In this document: positions 63,985-64,000 of the stretch, one piece after another
How positions within the stretch are numbered: the stretch's first letter is position 1
Layout of the letters: each line of letters starts with the position of its first letter
NCBI GenBank assembly: GCA_947627355.1
Contig: CANQVX010000005.1
Span: 21,341-85,340, forward strand
Length of the DNA: 64,000 nt
Direction: 5' to 3'
Source: an uncultured Bacilli bacterium
GTDB lineage: Bacteria; Bacillota_I; Bacilli_A; RFN20; CAG-631
Position numbers and translations under genes: made by a program
The notes under the pieces: generated by a model
Database searches by the model: none
Told to the model about the DNA's origin: nothing
What the model saw: the letters and a program-made list of their open reading frames with translations, nothing else

Positions 63985-64000
63985 CTATTAATATTGTAAT

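Noticed and set aside
1-64000. Mycoplasma-type genetic code (UGA = Trp), prophage, defence island, rRNA or tRNA genes
   Set aside because: TGA terminates several well-supported genes and Trp is encoded by TGG. I saw no integrase, recombinase, nuclease/ATPase defence modules, restriction-modification genes or cloverleaf-capable intergenic segments. The intergenic regions are short and are accounted for by promoters and terminators.

Overview
Low-GC (about 29-30% by eye) chromosomal segment that uses the standard code: TGA is a stop (rbfA at 2842-2844, first ABC gene at 8513-8515), so this is not Mycoplasma code 4. Gene content and order are Bacillota/Mycoplasmatota-like (Acholeplasma/Erysipelotrichia type). 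I support about 50 CDS and see no rRNA, tRNA, CRISPR array, transposase, integrase or phage genes.

Layout:
- 1-3.8 kb: nusA tail, ylxR, ylxQ, infB, rbfA and a DUF368 membrane protein.
- 3.8-6.2 kb: HExxH metalloprotease lipoprotein plus a partner lipoprotein.
- 6.3-11.2 kb: two ABC exporter half-transporters with zinc-ribbon N-terminal extensions, bracketing a DUF1854-like gene.
- 11.2-12.8 kb: RluA-family pseudouridine synthase and an orphan membrane protein.
- 12.95-19.6 kb: one 2,222-aa membrane-anchored repeat protein.
- 19.7-22.3 kb: NitT/TauT-type ABC importer.
- 22.4-31.2 kb, minus strand: the compacted operon gmk-priA-rsmB-rlmN-stp-prkC-rsgA-rpe.
- 31.3-32.9 kb: rqcH.
- 32.9-33.5 kb: three tiny Cys-rich or hydrophobic genes of sporulation type (CotD-like and YjcZ-like).
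- 33.6-34.4 kb: HU-fold fusion protein.
- 34.6-38.3 kb: PrsA-like lipoprotein and a second large lipoprotein.
- 38.3-41.6 kb: HIT, yhaM, recX-like and an MprF-TM-like flippase.
- 41.9-48.6 kb: island of lipoproteins and membrane proteins.
- 48.7-56.2 kb, minus strand: glgB-glgP-pulA-SGNH hydrolase operon.
- 56.3-64 kb: LtaS-family enzyme, AlkP-family phosphodiesterase plus DUF4127, GH13 oligo-1,6-glucosidase, an EamA transporter and a permuted-papain-like protein.

Most unusual observations:
1. The giant CvpA-like-anchored protein with at least 14 degenerate tandem modules.
2. The ABC pair with paired zinc-ribbon extensions and a DUF1854-like partner.
3. The modular trio of tiny CotD/YjcZ-like genes, each with a CATA-type -10 element.
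4. A DNA word, ATTCTATCG, that recurs far more often than base composition predicts, in all reading frames and in intergenic DNA.
5. A two-gene cassette bracketed by a roughly 55-nt direct repeat that carries a compensatory stem substitution.

All family names come from motif recognition by eye. No database search was run.
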